The translations under genes and the position numbers were made by a program. The notes under the pieces were generated by a model, which searched no databases, was not told where the DNA came from, and worked only from the letters and a program-made list of their open reading frames with translations. Source: Ignavibacteriales bacterium (GTDB lineage Bacteria > Bacteroidota > Ignavibacteria > UBA10030 > UBA8401). Taken from it: a stretch of DNA of 53,115 bases. The stretch lies in contig JACPGG010000024.1 of the NCBI GenBank assembly GCA_016182545.1, positions 9,298 to 62,412 on the forward strand, given 5' to 3'. Shown piece after piece: positions 1-9,137 of this stretch. Numbering within the stretch: position 1 is the stretch's first letter; the number at the start of each line of letters is the position of its first letter.

Positions 1-755
1 AGTGAACGCTGCGGCGTGACTTCTCCCGTTGCAAAATAATGTTTGATGTCGGAGAAGATCCATGGATTGTCGATCGCACCGCGTCCGATCATCACGGCGT
101 CGCACCCTGTTTCATCGAATGTATCTTTGATCTGCTTCGGCTCAGTCAAACTGCCATTGAGGATGATCGGAATTTTCACCGCCTGTTTCACTTTCGGAAT
201 CCACGTGAAATCCGGATCACCGCTGTGTCCCTGCGAGCGCGTGCGTGCATGGATCGTCAATGCAGCAACACCGATCCCTTCCAACATTTTTGCAACTTCT
301 ACAATCTTAATCGACGCCTCGTCCCAGCCGAGACGCGTCTTTACTGTCACCGGAAGTTTGGTCGACTTGATCACGTTTGCAACAAGCCGTTCCATCCGAG
401 GAAGGTCTTTCAATAATCCAGCACCCGCGCCACGTCCCGCAACCTGTTTCACCCAGCATCCGCAATTAATATCAATAAGATCGGGATTGAGAGAGTCCGC
501 CATTTTTGCGGCACCTTCCATTGCATTCTCATCGCCGCCATACAATTGAATGCCGAATGGGCGCTCTTCTTCGGAGAACAACATCTTCCGGAAAGTCTTC
601 TCCGACTTGCGAACGAGTCCGTCTGAATTCACAAATTCCGTGTACATAATATCCGCACCAAGCCGTTTGCAGATCAGACGGAACGGCTGGTCAGTCACAT
701 CTTCCATCGGTGCAAGGATGATGGGTCGATCGATATTTATATTTCCGAGTTTCAT
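1..755 (-). CDS. dusB: tRNA-dihydrouridine synthase DusB family (3' end runs off the window)
   Basis: Not in the ORF track. Translated by hand from ATG at 755: MKLGNINIDRPIILAPMEDVTDQPFRLICKRLGADIMYTEFV...DLIDINCGCWVKQVAGRGAGAGLL. LAPM and DINxGC motifs are typical of Dus enzymes. Confidence 0.92.
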   Translation of the reverse strand, partial: MKLGNINIDRPIILAPMEDVTDQPFRLICKRLGADIMYTEFVNSDGLVRKSEKTFRKMLFSEEERPFGIQLYGGDENAMEGAAKMADSLNPDLIDINCGCWVKQVAGRGAGAGLLKDLPRMERLVANVIKSTKLPVTVKTRLGWDEASIKIVEVAKMLEGIGVAALTIHARTRSQGHSGDPDFTWIPKVKQAVKIPIILNGSLTEPKQIKDTFDETGCDAVMIGRGAIDNPWIFSDIKHYFATGEVTPQRS

Positions 756-763
756 TTGTTTTC

Positions 764-796
764 AACCTTGCGAAGGTTCAAAACCTTCGCAAGGTT
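764..796. repeat. REP-like inverted repeat, family A (AACCTTGCGAAGGTT-caa-AACCTTCGCAAGGTT)
   Basis: Perfect 15-bp inverted repeat; each arm is itself a 6-bp hairpin. A second copy lies at 8000-8033. Confidence 0.85.
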
Positions 797-804
797 TTAA
801 TCTC

Positions 805-1824
805 TCACTTCATTGCTTTAATATCTTCAACAAGAAAATCTGCGAACTGCTTCGTCCCCACTTTTGAATCAGGATTCAGATCCCGCGTCACCTTTTTGGG
901 ATCTTTCAGAATATCCTGTACCGCCTTGTAAATTTTATCGGACGCCTCATTCTCTCCTAAATGATCCAGCATCATTGCGGCGGCAAGTATGATCGCTGAT
1001 GGATTGGCAATATCCTTTCCGGCAATGTCCGGCGCGCTGCCATGCACTGCTTCAAAAATTGCAGCGTTCGTTCCGATATTTGCGCCGGGCGCAAGTCCGA
1101 GTCCGCCGACCAAGCCTGAGCAAAGATCGGACAGAATATCGCCGAACAAATTCGTTGTCACAATCACGTCGTACTGATTCGGATTGAGAACCAATTGCAT
1201 CGCCATATTGTCGATAATAACATCGGTACATTGAATATCCGGAAATTCAGCAGCGACCTTCTTCCCTACTTCAAGAAACAATCCGCCGGTATATTTAAGG
1301 ATATTCGCTTTGTGAACAATCGATACTTTCTTCCGATTATGTTTTCGAGCGTACTCGAATGCAGCGCGGCAAATTCGTTCGGAACCGTACCGAGTGATAA
1401 TGCCGATCGTTTCTGCAGCGCTTTTTTGCGCATCAATGTAATGTTCGATGCCGGAATAAAACTCTTCGATGTTCTCGCGGAACATCACCAGATCGACATC
1501 GCTGTAATGTGAAGGAACACCTTTGAACGATTTTGCCGGACGAAGGTTGATATAGAGATCGAATTCTTTTCTGAGTGCAACATTGACACTTCTGAATCCT
1601 TTTCCGAGTTGCGTCGTTAACGGACCTTTGAGTGCAATTTTATTCTTTTGGATCGATTCGATCGTCTGTTCCGGAATCGGATCTTTGTGTTTATCGATCC
1701 CCGCCATTCCTGCATATTGTTCATCCCATTGGATATCGACACCGGTCGCTTCAATGACGCGAACTGCCGCTTCGGTGATGCTTGGTCCAATGCCGTCACC
1801 GGGGATGAGAGTAATCTTGTACAT
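805..1824 (-). CDS. icd: Isocitrate dehydrogenase (NAD-type, isocitrate/isopropylmalate dehydrogenase family)
   Basis: MYKITLIPGDGIG start with AAGGAG RBS upstream; GFRSVNVALRK, NLFGDILSD and EAVHGSAPDIAG motifs. The ORF-track extension to 1995 overlaps ubiA and is rejected. Confidence 0.88.
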   Translation of the reverse strand: MYKITLIPGDGIGPSITEAAVRVIEATGVDIQWDEQYAGMAGIDKHKDPIPEQTIESIQKNKIALKGPLTTQLGKGFRSVNVALRKEFDLYINLRPAKSFKGVPSHYSDVDLVMFRENIEEFYSGIEHYIDAQKSAAETIGIITRYGSERICRAAFEYARKHNRKKVSIVHKANILKYTGGLFLEVGKKVAAEFPDIQCTDVIIDNMAMQLVLNPNQYDVIVTTNLFGDILSDLCSGLVGGLGLAPGANIGTNAAIFEAVHGSAPDIAGKDIANPSAIILAAAMMLDHLGENEASDKIYKAVQDILKDPKKVTRDLNPDSKVGTKQFADFLVEDIKAMK

Positions 1825-1957
1825 CAGTCTCCTTCGTCTGATTTTATTTAATATACGAAATCTGAAGGGAGTTCCCAAAAATCCCCGTAAAAACGACTTT
1901 GTTAAACGATGATTTTTCGGTACCTTAGTTAATAAATTAACAACAAAAATATCCGAA

Positions 1958-2782
1958 TTGAAAAAGTATCTCAACTTCATCAAAATTGAACACACACTCT
2001 TTTCCCTGCCGATGATCTATAGCGGAGTGTTTCTCGCTTCAAAAGAGCGCCCTTCTATTCTATTACTCATGTTAGTCCTTGCGGCTGCAGTCGGTGCACG
2101 GCTTGTTGCAATGACATTGAATAGAATTATCGACCGCGAAATAGACAAGTACAATCCCCGCACGATCAATCGTGAATTGCCGAGCGGCAAAATGAATCTG
2201 AAGGAAAGTTACGTCGTTTTAATTCTCGGACTTGCACTCTATCTTGTTTCAGCAAAACTGATATCAGATTTTTGCTTTTATCTTTCTCCAATTCCGTTGA
2301 TCATCTTTATAATTTATCCCTATTTAAAAAGATTTACACCGATGGCGCACTTTGGTGTCGGGATGGGATTAGCAATGGGTCCGCTCGGCGGCTTTTTTGC
2401 GGTGACAGGATCGTTCGAACGATTCGGAGAAGCGCTGCTCCTTCCGCTGTTCAATCTTTTTTGGGCGACCGGATTCGACATCATTTATTCGACGCTCGAT
2501 GAAGAGTTCGATAAGAAAGCGGGATTGTTCTCTTTCCCGTCACGGTTCGGAAAAAAACGTGCGCTACAAATTTCCGGGGGACTGCACATACTAGCATTTG
2601 TTACGCTGATCGCGCTCGTCTATTTTTCGTTGCATGCATTGATCGCACTTCCCTCTTTGTTCCTGAGCGGATTTCTGCTGTGGCTTGAGCAGCACAAAGC
2701 GGAGGATGTGGAGTTGGCGTTCTTCAAGATCAATATTGTAGTCGGTTTCTCAATTTTAGTTATGATACTGGTAAGTATTTAA
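1958..2782 (+). CDS. ubiA: UbiA-family polyprenyltransferase of the futalosine menaquinone pathway (MqnP-like)
   Basis: IKIEHTLFSLP, NRIIDREIDKYNPRT and GFDIIYSTLDEEFD motifs; multiple TM helices; first gene of the mqn cluster; TTG start. Confidence 0.92.
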   Translation: MKKYLNFIKIEHTLFSLPMIYSGVFLASKERPSILLLMLVLAAAVGARLVAMTLNRIIDREIDKYNPRTINRELPSGKMNLKESYVVLILGLALYLVSAKLISDFCFYLSPIPLIIFIIYPYLKRFTPMAHFGVGMGLAMGPLGGFFAVTGSFERFGEALLLPLFNLFWATGFDIIYSTLDEEFDKKAGLFSFPSRFGKKRALQISGGLHILAFVTLIALVYFSLHALIALPSLFLSGFLLWLEQHKAEDVELAFFKINIVVGFSILVMILVSI

Positions 2783-2841
2783 CCACGAAAGCACCAAAGC
2801 ACAAAATAAAATTCATTTAATGAGTTTGTGATTTGGTGGTT
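2781..2841. repeat. Short-unit repeat imperfect hairpin (AACCACGAAAGCACCAAAGCACAAA...TTTGTGATTTGGTGGTT)
   Basis: Tandem CACnAAAG-like units on the left arm pair with the right arm; fills the ubiA-ubiX gap. Confidence 0.55.
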
Positions 2842-2848
2842 ACGAAGA

Positions 2849-3400
2849 ATGAAAATTATCGTCGGAATAACAGGAAGTTCTGGTGCAGTCTACGCGCTCG
2901 ATTTCCTTAAAAAATCTCAATCGGAAAAATTTCTCGTCGTCAGTAAATGGGGAAAGACGTTGTTGAAGGACGAATTAGGAATGAACGATTCAGATCTGCT
3001 TCCTTTTGTTAAAAAACAATTTGACGATAAGGATTTGACGGCGCCGATCGCCTCCGGATCGAATCATTTTGATGCATACGTGATCCTACCCTGCTCTACT
3101 TCGACACTTGGTAAGATCGCATCCGGAATAGGCGACTCATTGATTACAAGAACTGCGCAAGTTGCATTGAAAGAGCGTTACAAACTAGTCATTTGTGTGC
3201 GCGAAACGCCAATGTCCACGCTTGCACTGGAACAATGCGCAAAACTTTCGAATTACGGCGCCATTATCATGCCGATCTCGCCGCCTCTTTATTTCGTCCC
3301 AAAATCAGTTGATGAATACATCGGTGCATTCACAGAAAAAGTACTGGGTGTGCTTGGGGAACGAAAAGCAAAAGGGTGGCGGGCAGAAGAAATGGAATAA
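2849..3400 (+). CDS. ubiX: Flavin prenyltransferase UbiX
   Basis: MKIIVGITGSSG, IASGS, PCS..TLGKIA and VRETP motifs; adjacent to ubiD. Confidence 0.95.
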   Translation: MKIIVGITGSSGAVYALDFLKKSQSEKFLVVSKWGKTLLKDELGMNDSDLLPFVKKQFDDKDLTAPIASGSNHFDAYVILPCSTSTLGKIASGIGDSLITRTAQVALKERYKLVICVRETPMSTLALEQCAKLSNYGAIIMPISPPLYFVPKSVDEYIGAFTEKVLGVLGERKAKGWRAEEME

Positions 3401-3451
3401 TGATTTTCAATTTTTATTTGAAAATTGAAGACAATAAATTGGAAATGATGC

Positions 3452-5218
3452 ATGTTCGATAATCTACAGGATTTTGTAAAACATCTCGAAAAGAACGGCG
3501 AACTTCACCGCGTTACGGTCGAAGTCGATCCCGAATTGGAAATTACTGAGATCGCTACACGCTCGTTGGCACTCGGTAAACCTGCGTTATTATTTGAAAA
3601 CGTCAGGGGAGCAGATTTCCCTCTTGTCATCAACATGCTTGCAAGCGAGCGGCGCATCGAACTTGCACTCGGCAAACATCCGGACGAACTCGGCGAAGAG
3701 CTGATCGGTTTTGTTGAAAAATTAATGCCGCCGTCACCGAAATTATTATTCCAGGAATCGGCGATGGTGAAACGATTCATCGCTTCCCGTCCCAAACATG
3801 TCACCGTCGCACGTTCGCAAGCGGTGATTGAAAAACCGAATCTTTCCGCGCTTCCCATTTTAAAAACATGGCCCGAAGATGGCGGACGGTTCATCACGCT
3901 CCCCCAGGTCATCACATATGATCCGAAAACCGGAAAAAGGAACATCGGGATCTATCGCATACAGAAATTCGACGACCAAACCACAGGCATGCACTGGCAG
4001 ATCGGCAAAGGAGGCGGATTCCATTATCACGAAGCGGAGAAATTGAACCAACCGCTCGAAGTTGCACTTATTGTCGGAAGCGACCCCGCGCTTTTGCTCG
4101 CAACGGTTGCTGCTCTCCCCGAAGGAATTGATGAAGCAATGTTCGCCGGTTTCCTGCGCGGCAAAGCGACCGAATTTACAAGCGGACGATCGATCAATGT
4201 GCAGGTTCCGGCAAATGCCGAATTTATTTTTGAAGGGATCGTGAAACCTCACGAACGAAGATTGGAAGGTCCGTTCGGCGACCACTTCGGACATTATTCG
4301 AACGCTGCGGAATTTCCGGTCTTCCATATCCATACGATGACTCGACGAAAGGATCCGATCTATCCGGCAACGATCGTCGGCATTCCGCCGATGGAAGACA
4401 AATATCTCGGTGATGCGACACAGCAAATCCTCGGACCGCTTGCACGGCTGATCCATCACGAAGTAAAAAATGTATGGGCGTATTATGAGGCAGGATTCCA
4501 CAATCTTCTTGTCGTGTCGGTGGAAGAACGGTACCAAAAAGAAGCGATGAAAGCGGCGCTTGGATTGATGGGAACCGGACAATTGTCCCTTACAAAATGC
4601 CTTATGACAGTCTCTGAAAATGTCGATGTCCGTAACTTCAATGAGGTCATGAAAGCGGTACGTGAGAACTTCGATCCGCATTTTGATTTCGTGATGATAC
4701 CGAAAGTCCCGCTCGATACGCTCGACTTCACATCATTTAAAATGAATCTCGGCAGCAAGATGATCATCGATGCGACCGAAAAGAAAAAACCAAAGCAGAA
4801 AATCAATGTGAAGAAATTGAACGAGGTCGTGAAGTCCCTGACATCGTTCGACAGACGGATCATCGATGCGCGATTGGTTGAAGGGGCATTCCTGTTAGTG
4901 AAAGTAAAAAAAGAAGGTGATGCTGTCATTAAAAAAATCGTGAAGCATCCGGATCTCGAAGGTATAAAGATGGCGGCAACGGTGAGCTTCGACGTGGATA
5001 TTAACGAGCAGGAGAGTTATATTTGGGGTGTTTTTACCCGATTCGATTGTGAGCGGGATATTATTTTCACTGAACAAAAAATGATCGGCATCTCTCCTAT
5101 CTATAACGGCATCCTTGGAATCGACGCCACATGGAAGAACGGGTACCCGAATCCATTGACGATGGACGAATCGGTCGTGAAAAAAGTTGATGAGCGGTGG
5201 GACAGTTACTGGCGGTAA
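3452..5218 (+). CDS. ubiD: UbiD-family decarboxylase, menaquinone (futalosine) pathway type
   Basis: VDPELEITEI, WPEDGGRFITLP, EGPFGDHFGHY, PPMED motifs; the C-terminal IDAT-containing module occurs twice (KMIIDAT, LGIDATWK). Confidence 0.95.
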   Translation: MFDNLQDFVKHLEKNGELHRVTVEVDPELEITEIATRSLALGKPALLFENVRGADFPLVINMLASERRIELALGKHPDELGEELIGFVEKLMPPSPKLLFQESAMVKRFIASRPKHVTVARSQAVIEKPNLSALPILKTWPEDGGRFITLPQVITYDPKTGKRNIGIYRIQKFDDQTTGMHWQIGKGGGFHYHEAEKLNQPLEVALIVGSDPALLLATVAALPEGIDEAMFAGFLRGKATEFTSGRSINVQVPANAEFIFEGIVKPHERRLEGPFGDHFGHYSNAAEFPVFHIHTMTRRKDPIYPATIVGIPPMEDKYLGDATQQILGPLARLIHHEVKNVWAYYEAGFHNLLVVSVEERYQKEAMKAALGLMGTGQLSLTKCLMTVSENVDVRNFNEVMKAVRENFDPHFDFVMIPKVPLDTLDFTSFKMNLGSKMIIDATEKKKPKQKINVKKLNEVVKSLTSFDRRIIDARLVEGAFLLVKVKKEGDAVIKKIVKHPDLEGIKMAATVSFDVDINEQESYIWGVFTRFDCERDIIFTEQKMIGISPIYNGILGIDATWKNGYPNPLTMDESVVKKVDERWDSYWR

Positions 5219-5245
5219 TTTTTATTTACTAATGTGAATGTGTAC

Positions 5246-5383
5246 ATGAGTACTTCAATACATTTCAGAGACAAAAATTTATTTACCGTTTGGGACAAGA
5301 TCCAAAAGGGTGAGCGACTTTCGTTACACGACGGGTTGGCGCTGTTCCATTCCAACAGATGGCGCACGCCGTGCAGCAACTGA
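5246..5383 (+). pseudogene. mqnE: Out-of-frame N-terminal fragment of MqnE (MSTSIHFRDKNLFTVWDKIQKGERLSLHDGLALFHSN)
   Basis: Translated by hand. It aligns with the N-terminus of the paralog MqnC (KIRSGKRIDREEGLFVLRNS). The frame shifts at about 5357 relative to the 5359 ORF, and about 6-7 codons appear to be missing. Confidence 0.75.
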
Positions 5384-7089
5384 AGAGTGGCGACGCTGTC
5401 TATTACGTCGTCAATCAAAAGATCGAGCCGACAAATATCTGTGTCCTTTCGTGCAAGTTCTGCGACTTCGCCGTAAAGCAAGGTACGCCTCAGGCGTATG
5501 AGATGACGATCGAGGAGATCCTATCCAAACTCAATTCCGATGTTCATGAGGTTCACATCACCGGCGGCTTGCATCCGGATTGGCCCTGGGAGTATTACGT
5601 CGGGATGGTCCGTGACATTAAAAAAGCATTCCCGCAGATCGATGTGAAAGCGTTCACAGCGGTCGAGATCGATTTTTTCCATAAGAAATTCAAGATGCCC
5701 ATTGAAGAAGTGCTGCGACAATTATATGACGTCGGACTTCGCACAATGCCCGGGGGCGGCGCGGAAGTATTTTCGGAACGAGTTCGCAAACTTCTCTTCA
5801 ACCAAAAGATCGGCGCCAAAACATGGTTTGAAGTTCACAAGACGGCACACAAACTCGGCATCCCGTCGAACTCCACGCTTCTGTACGGTCACGTCGAAAC
5901 GTACGAAGAGCGTGTTATTCACATGATGAAACTGCGCGAAGCACAGGATGAGACCGGCGGGTTTTTGTCATTCATCCCTCTTGCCTTTCAACCGGGCGAA
6001 ACAGGAATAAAACCAAAGAATGAGTTTACATCAGCGATCGAAGATTTGAAGACGATTGCCATCTCCCGCTTGATGCTCGATAATTTCCCCCACATCAAAG
6101 CATACTGGGTAATGCTAACGGAAGAAGTCGCCTCAGTCGCTTTGAATTTTGGCGCAGACGATATGGATGGAACTGTCGGTGGCGAAAAAATTGCGCATGA
6201 TGCCGGCGCGATCAGTCCAATGGCAATGGCAAAGGATAAACTGATCAAGATCATCAACGACGCCGGAAAAATTCCGGTGGAGCGGGATGTCTATTACAAC
6301 GCACTGAATGTCAACACCGATCATGTCATTGGAAAGATCCCGTATCTCAACTCAGTTCCTTTCTACAAATATTTTGAGCAGCGGCAATTCAAAATGCTCC
6401 CCATCGCGCCGCGCAGAATGGGTGTCCTCTCACAAAAGGGACAGATCGATGCAGGACTGTTTTCATTGATGGATTATTTTGCGCAGGAAGAAACATTGGA
6501 AACGATGGACTATTGCATCGCTTCGCGCGACCAGGTGAAAAGCGTTATTCTCTTTTCGAAAGAAGGGTGGCAGGGATTGAACGAGAAAAAGATCGGCATT
6601 ATCGATGATACAGCGACATCCGTCTGGCTGTTGCAGGTGCTGCTCGAAAAAAAATACGGCGTAAAAGCCCAATTCATCCGCATGCACGCCGGCATCAACG
6701 ACTATTCGCAATTCGATGCCGTGCTGTTGATCGGCGATGAAGCATTAAAGGCAAATAAGAGCGGATTTACCGGCTTTGATATCACGTACGACCTTGCAAA
6801 AGAATGGTACGATTGGCAGAAGATACCGTTCGTTTTTGCGGTATGGGCGAACAAAAAGAGTCTTCCCGTAGAACTCAAACTAGAACTTTCAACGATCATT
6901 CAACAATCTCTGGAACGCGGAAAATTAGAATTGGATATAATAGGTACATTACATGCAAAATCACTGCATTTAACATCGGAAGAAGCGGGCGATTTCCTGC
7001 GCGGCTTCAACTATCATTTGGGTGAACGGGAAAAAGAGGCATTGCAGGTGTTCAAAAAACTTATTGAAGAAGTCGAAGTAAGTTTGTAA
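5359..7089 (+). CDS. mqnE: Fusion of aminofutalosine synthase MqnE (radical SAM) and chorismate dehydratase MqnA; true start probably 5246, broken by a frameshift
   Basis: CVLSCKFC radical SAM motif, EVHITGGLHP, PGGGAE, HIKAYW (MqnE). From about 6322: GKIPYLNSVPF, LLIGDEAL, DLAKEWYDWQKIPFVFAVWA (MqnA). Confidence 0.92.
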   Translation: MAHAVQQLKSGDAVYYVVNQKIEPTNICVLSCKFCDFAVKQGTPQAYEMTIEEILSKLNSDVHEVHITGGLHPDWPWEYYVGMVRDIKKAFPQIDVKAFTAVEIDFFHKKFKMPIEEVLRQLYDVGLRTMPGGGAEVFSERVRKLLFNQKIGAKTWFEVHKTAHKLGIPSNSTLLYGHVETYEERVIHMMKLREAQDETGGFLSFIPLAFQPGETGIKPKNEFTSAIEDLKTIAISRLMLDNFPHIKAYWVMLTEEVASVALNFGADDMDGTVGGEKIAHDAGAISPMAMAKDKLIKIINDAGKIPVERDVYYNALNVNTDHVIGKIPYLNSVPFYKYFEQRQFKMLPIAPRRMGVLSQKGQIDAGLFSLMDYFAQEETLETMDYCIASRDQVKSVILFSKEGWQGLNEKKIGIIDDTATSVWLLQVLLEKKYGVKAQFIRMHAGINDYSQFDAVLLIGDEALKANKSGFTGFDITYDLAKEWYDWQKIPFVFAVWANKKSLPVELKLELSTIIQQSLERGKLELDIIGTLHAKSLHLTSEEAGDFLRGFNYHLGEREKEALQVFKKLIEEVEVSL

Positions 7090-7122
7090 ATTAAGAACAA
7101 CTTATCGCACACGACGGAAAAA

Positions 7123-7986
7123 ATGGATCAACAGAACGTTTCAAAACTCCAAGAACTCATTCAGCAAGGCGAAAAATTAGTCCCCGAGGGCGGTCTGGAA
7201 TTTTCAGGTTACAACGCCAAGATGCAGAGCCAGTATTTACTCTGGCGGAAGAACTGCCTTGATGCGTTGTCAAAGATCGGTGAGAAAGCGAATCCGCATC
7301 GCGAAAAAATTACAAAGGATGAGAACGGCGCGTACTTCTATCAGAATTCCGCACAGTTGATTCTTGAAATGATGAAACAGTCTTTGCCGATCGCAGAGAT
7401 CGAAGCGAAAAAGAATTCTACTCCGCCTTCTGCGCCAAAACCTGCACCTGCTCCGGCACCGCCAAAGGCAGAACCGGCTCCAGCTCCTGCTCAACCAAAG
7501 GCGGCACCACAACCTGCACCACCGGCACCTAAACAGGAAGCTGCAAAACCGCAGCCCGCAGCAGTACCGCCCCCTGCTCCTGTAACGCCATCTGCGGCAA
7601 GCAAACAGGTGCTTGTGCTTTCATCGTCTGAGACTGAATTAAAAAATCAGTTGACGAATTTGTTGAAAGAAATGGGTATCGAAGGGATCATGTTCCAACG
7701 AGGTGATGCACCGGATGCAATCGTGGGATTTTTGGAGAAATATCCGACTGTAAAATATGCGTACTATTTGTACAATCCCGAAGACATCAATAGTGCAATG
7801 TTCGAACTTGGTTATCTGATCGGGAAAGTCGGATCGACCAGAGTATGCTGCATCCATAAAAAGGACGATGCACCGCCGAAAGGGGTTCCGGGAATTGTGT
7901 ACAAGGAGATCGTCGTGAAACTGGAAGAGATCAGTTTCGGTCTGATCAAAGATCTAAAAGCAGCGGGATACACAGTAACATTTTAA
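7123..7986 (+). CDS. Helical N-domain + Pro/Ala-rich linker + divergent TIR-like domain (CAP12/Pycsar-type, PF10137-like)
   Basis: The C-terminal ~125 aa match the PF10137 pattern by eye: V.V....E..K..L...L..MG.E, YA..L..P.D, MFELGYLIGKVG..RVC, P....G.VY, L.KDLKAAGY. Confidence 0.72.
   Translation: MDQQNVSKLQELIQQGEKLVPEGGLEFSGYNAKMQSQYLLWRKNCLDALSKIGEKANPHREKITKDENGAYFYQNSAQLILEMMKQSLPIAEIEAKKNSTPPSAPKPAPAPAPPKAEPAPAPAQPKAAPQPAPPAPKQEAAKPQPAAVPPPAPVTPSAASKQVLVLSSSETELKNQLTNLLKEMGIEGIMFQRGDAPDAIVGFLEKYPTVKYAYYLYNPEDINSAMFELGYLIGKVGSTRVCCIHKKDDAPPKGVPGIVYKEIVVKLEEISFGLIKDLKAAGYTVTF
7420..7595 (+). repeat. Low-complexity Pro/Ala-rich linker coding repeat
   Basis: Encodes TPPSAPKPAPAPAPPKAEPAPAPAQPKAAPQPAPPAPKQEAAKPQPAAVPPPAPVTPSA. 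Confidence 0.8.
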
Positions 7987-7999
7987 CTATTCACATTGC

Positions 8000-8033
8000 A
8001 ACCTTGCGAAGGTTCTACAGCCTTCGCAAGGTT
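8000..8033. repeat. REP-like inverted repeat, family A (second copy)
   Basis: AACCTTGCGAAGGTT-ctac-AGCCTTCGCAAGGTT, nearly identical to 764-796. Confidence 0.85.
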
Positions 8034-8042
8034 TTTTATGTT

Positions 8043-9137
8043 ATGACACTCTCAGAAATTTATTCTAAAATACGCAGCGGTAAACGGATCGATCGTGAAG
8101 AAGGATTGTTCGTCCTCCGCAATTCTCAGTTGCTTGATCTTGGCGATCTCGCCAACGAAATTCGTTTTAAAAAAAATCCGGACCCCCGTGTAACATTCGT
8201 TCTTGATTCAAATCCAAATTACACAAACATCTGCAACATCGATTGCATCTTCTGCGCGTTTTACCGCCATCCGGGTGAATCCGGTGAATACACGTACTCG
8301 GTGGATGAGATGATCCGGAAATTCAAAGAGTCGGCTGCCAAAGGAATAACGACGATCTTATTGCAGGGGGGAGTAAACCCTGCGCTCCCCTTCGATTATT
8401 ATGTTGAAATGATCAAACGGACGATCAAAGAAGTTCCGCAGATCCATCCGCATTTCTACTCGACATCGGAGATACTCGAAATGGTCCGTGTGTCCGGATT
8501 GACGCTGCCCGAAGTGCTGCAAAAATTGTGGGACGCAGGATTGCGTACCATCCCCGGCGGAGGTGCAGAGATTCTCTCTGATCGCGTAAAGAAGAAGATC
8601 AGCAGCAAAAAAGGGACATCGGCAGACTGGCTGAGCGTGATGCGTGAAGCGCACAAGATCGGCTACCGGACAACAGCAACGATGATGTACGGACATCTTG
8701 AAAAGGATGAAGATATCGTTGAACATCTGGAGGTGGTCAGGCAATTGCAGGATGAGCATCACGGATTCACCGCATTCGTCCCGTGGAGTTTTAAACCCGG
8801 GAATACTCCGCTGGAAAAGATCATACCGACATACGCAACACCCAAGCGGTACCTTGAAATGATCGCCTTCTCACGCATCTATCTTGATAATTTTGATCAC
8901 ATACAAGCATCGTGGTTCAGCGAAGGGAAAAAGACGGGACAGATCGCACTCCATTTCGGCGCGGATGATTTCGGCGGCACTCTTCTTGAAGAGAATGTCC
9001 ACGCAGCGGCAAACTTCGTCAACAAAACAAACACGGAAGAATGCATCTCACTGATCCATGAATCCGGTTTTGATGCCGGACAGAGGGGAACGCTGTATGA
9101 GATCAAGAGAATCATCCCACGAACAAAAGCGGCGTAA
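8043..9137 (+). CDS. mqnC: Cyclic dehypoxanthine futalosine synthase MqnC (radical SAM)
   Basis: NYTNICNIDCIFCAFYR, LLQGGVNP, PGGGAEILSDRV, HIQASW and GADDFGGTLLEENV motifs. The ATG at 8043 lies just after the REP-like repeat. Confidence 0.93.
   Translation: MTLSEIYSKIRSGKRIDREEGLFVLRNSQLLDLGDLANEIRFKKNPDPRVTFVLDSNPNYTNICNIDCIFCAFYRHPGESGEYTYSVDEMIRKFKESAAKGITTILLQGGVNPALPFDYYVEMIKRTIKEVPQIHPHFYSTSEILEMVRVSGLTLPEVLQKLWDAGLRTIPGGGAEILSDRVKKKISSKKGTSADWLSVMREAHKIGYRTTATMMYGHLEKDEDIVEHLEVVRQLQDEHHGFTAFVPWSFKPGNTPLEKIIPTYATPKRYLEMIAFSRIYLDNFDHIQASWFSEGKKTGQIALHFGADDFGGTLLEENVHAAANFVNKTNTEECISLIHESGFDAGQRGTLYEIKRIIPRTKAA

Noticed and set aside
39-867. Plus-strand ORFs 39-416, 43-549 and 550-867
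   Set aside because: Antisense shadows of dusB, which is clearly encoded on the minus strand.
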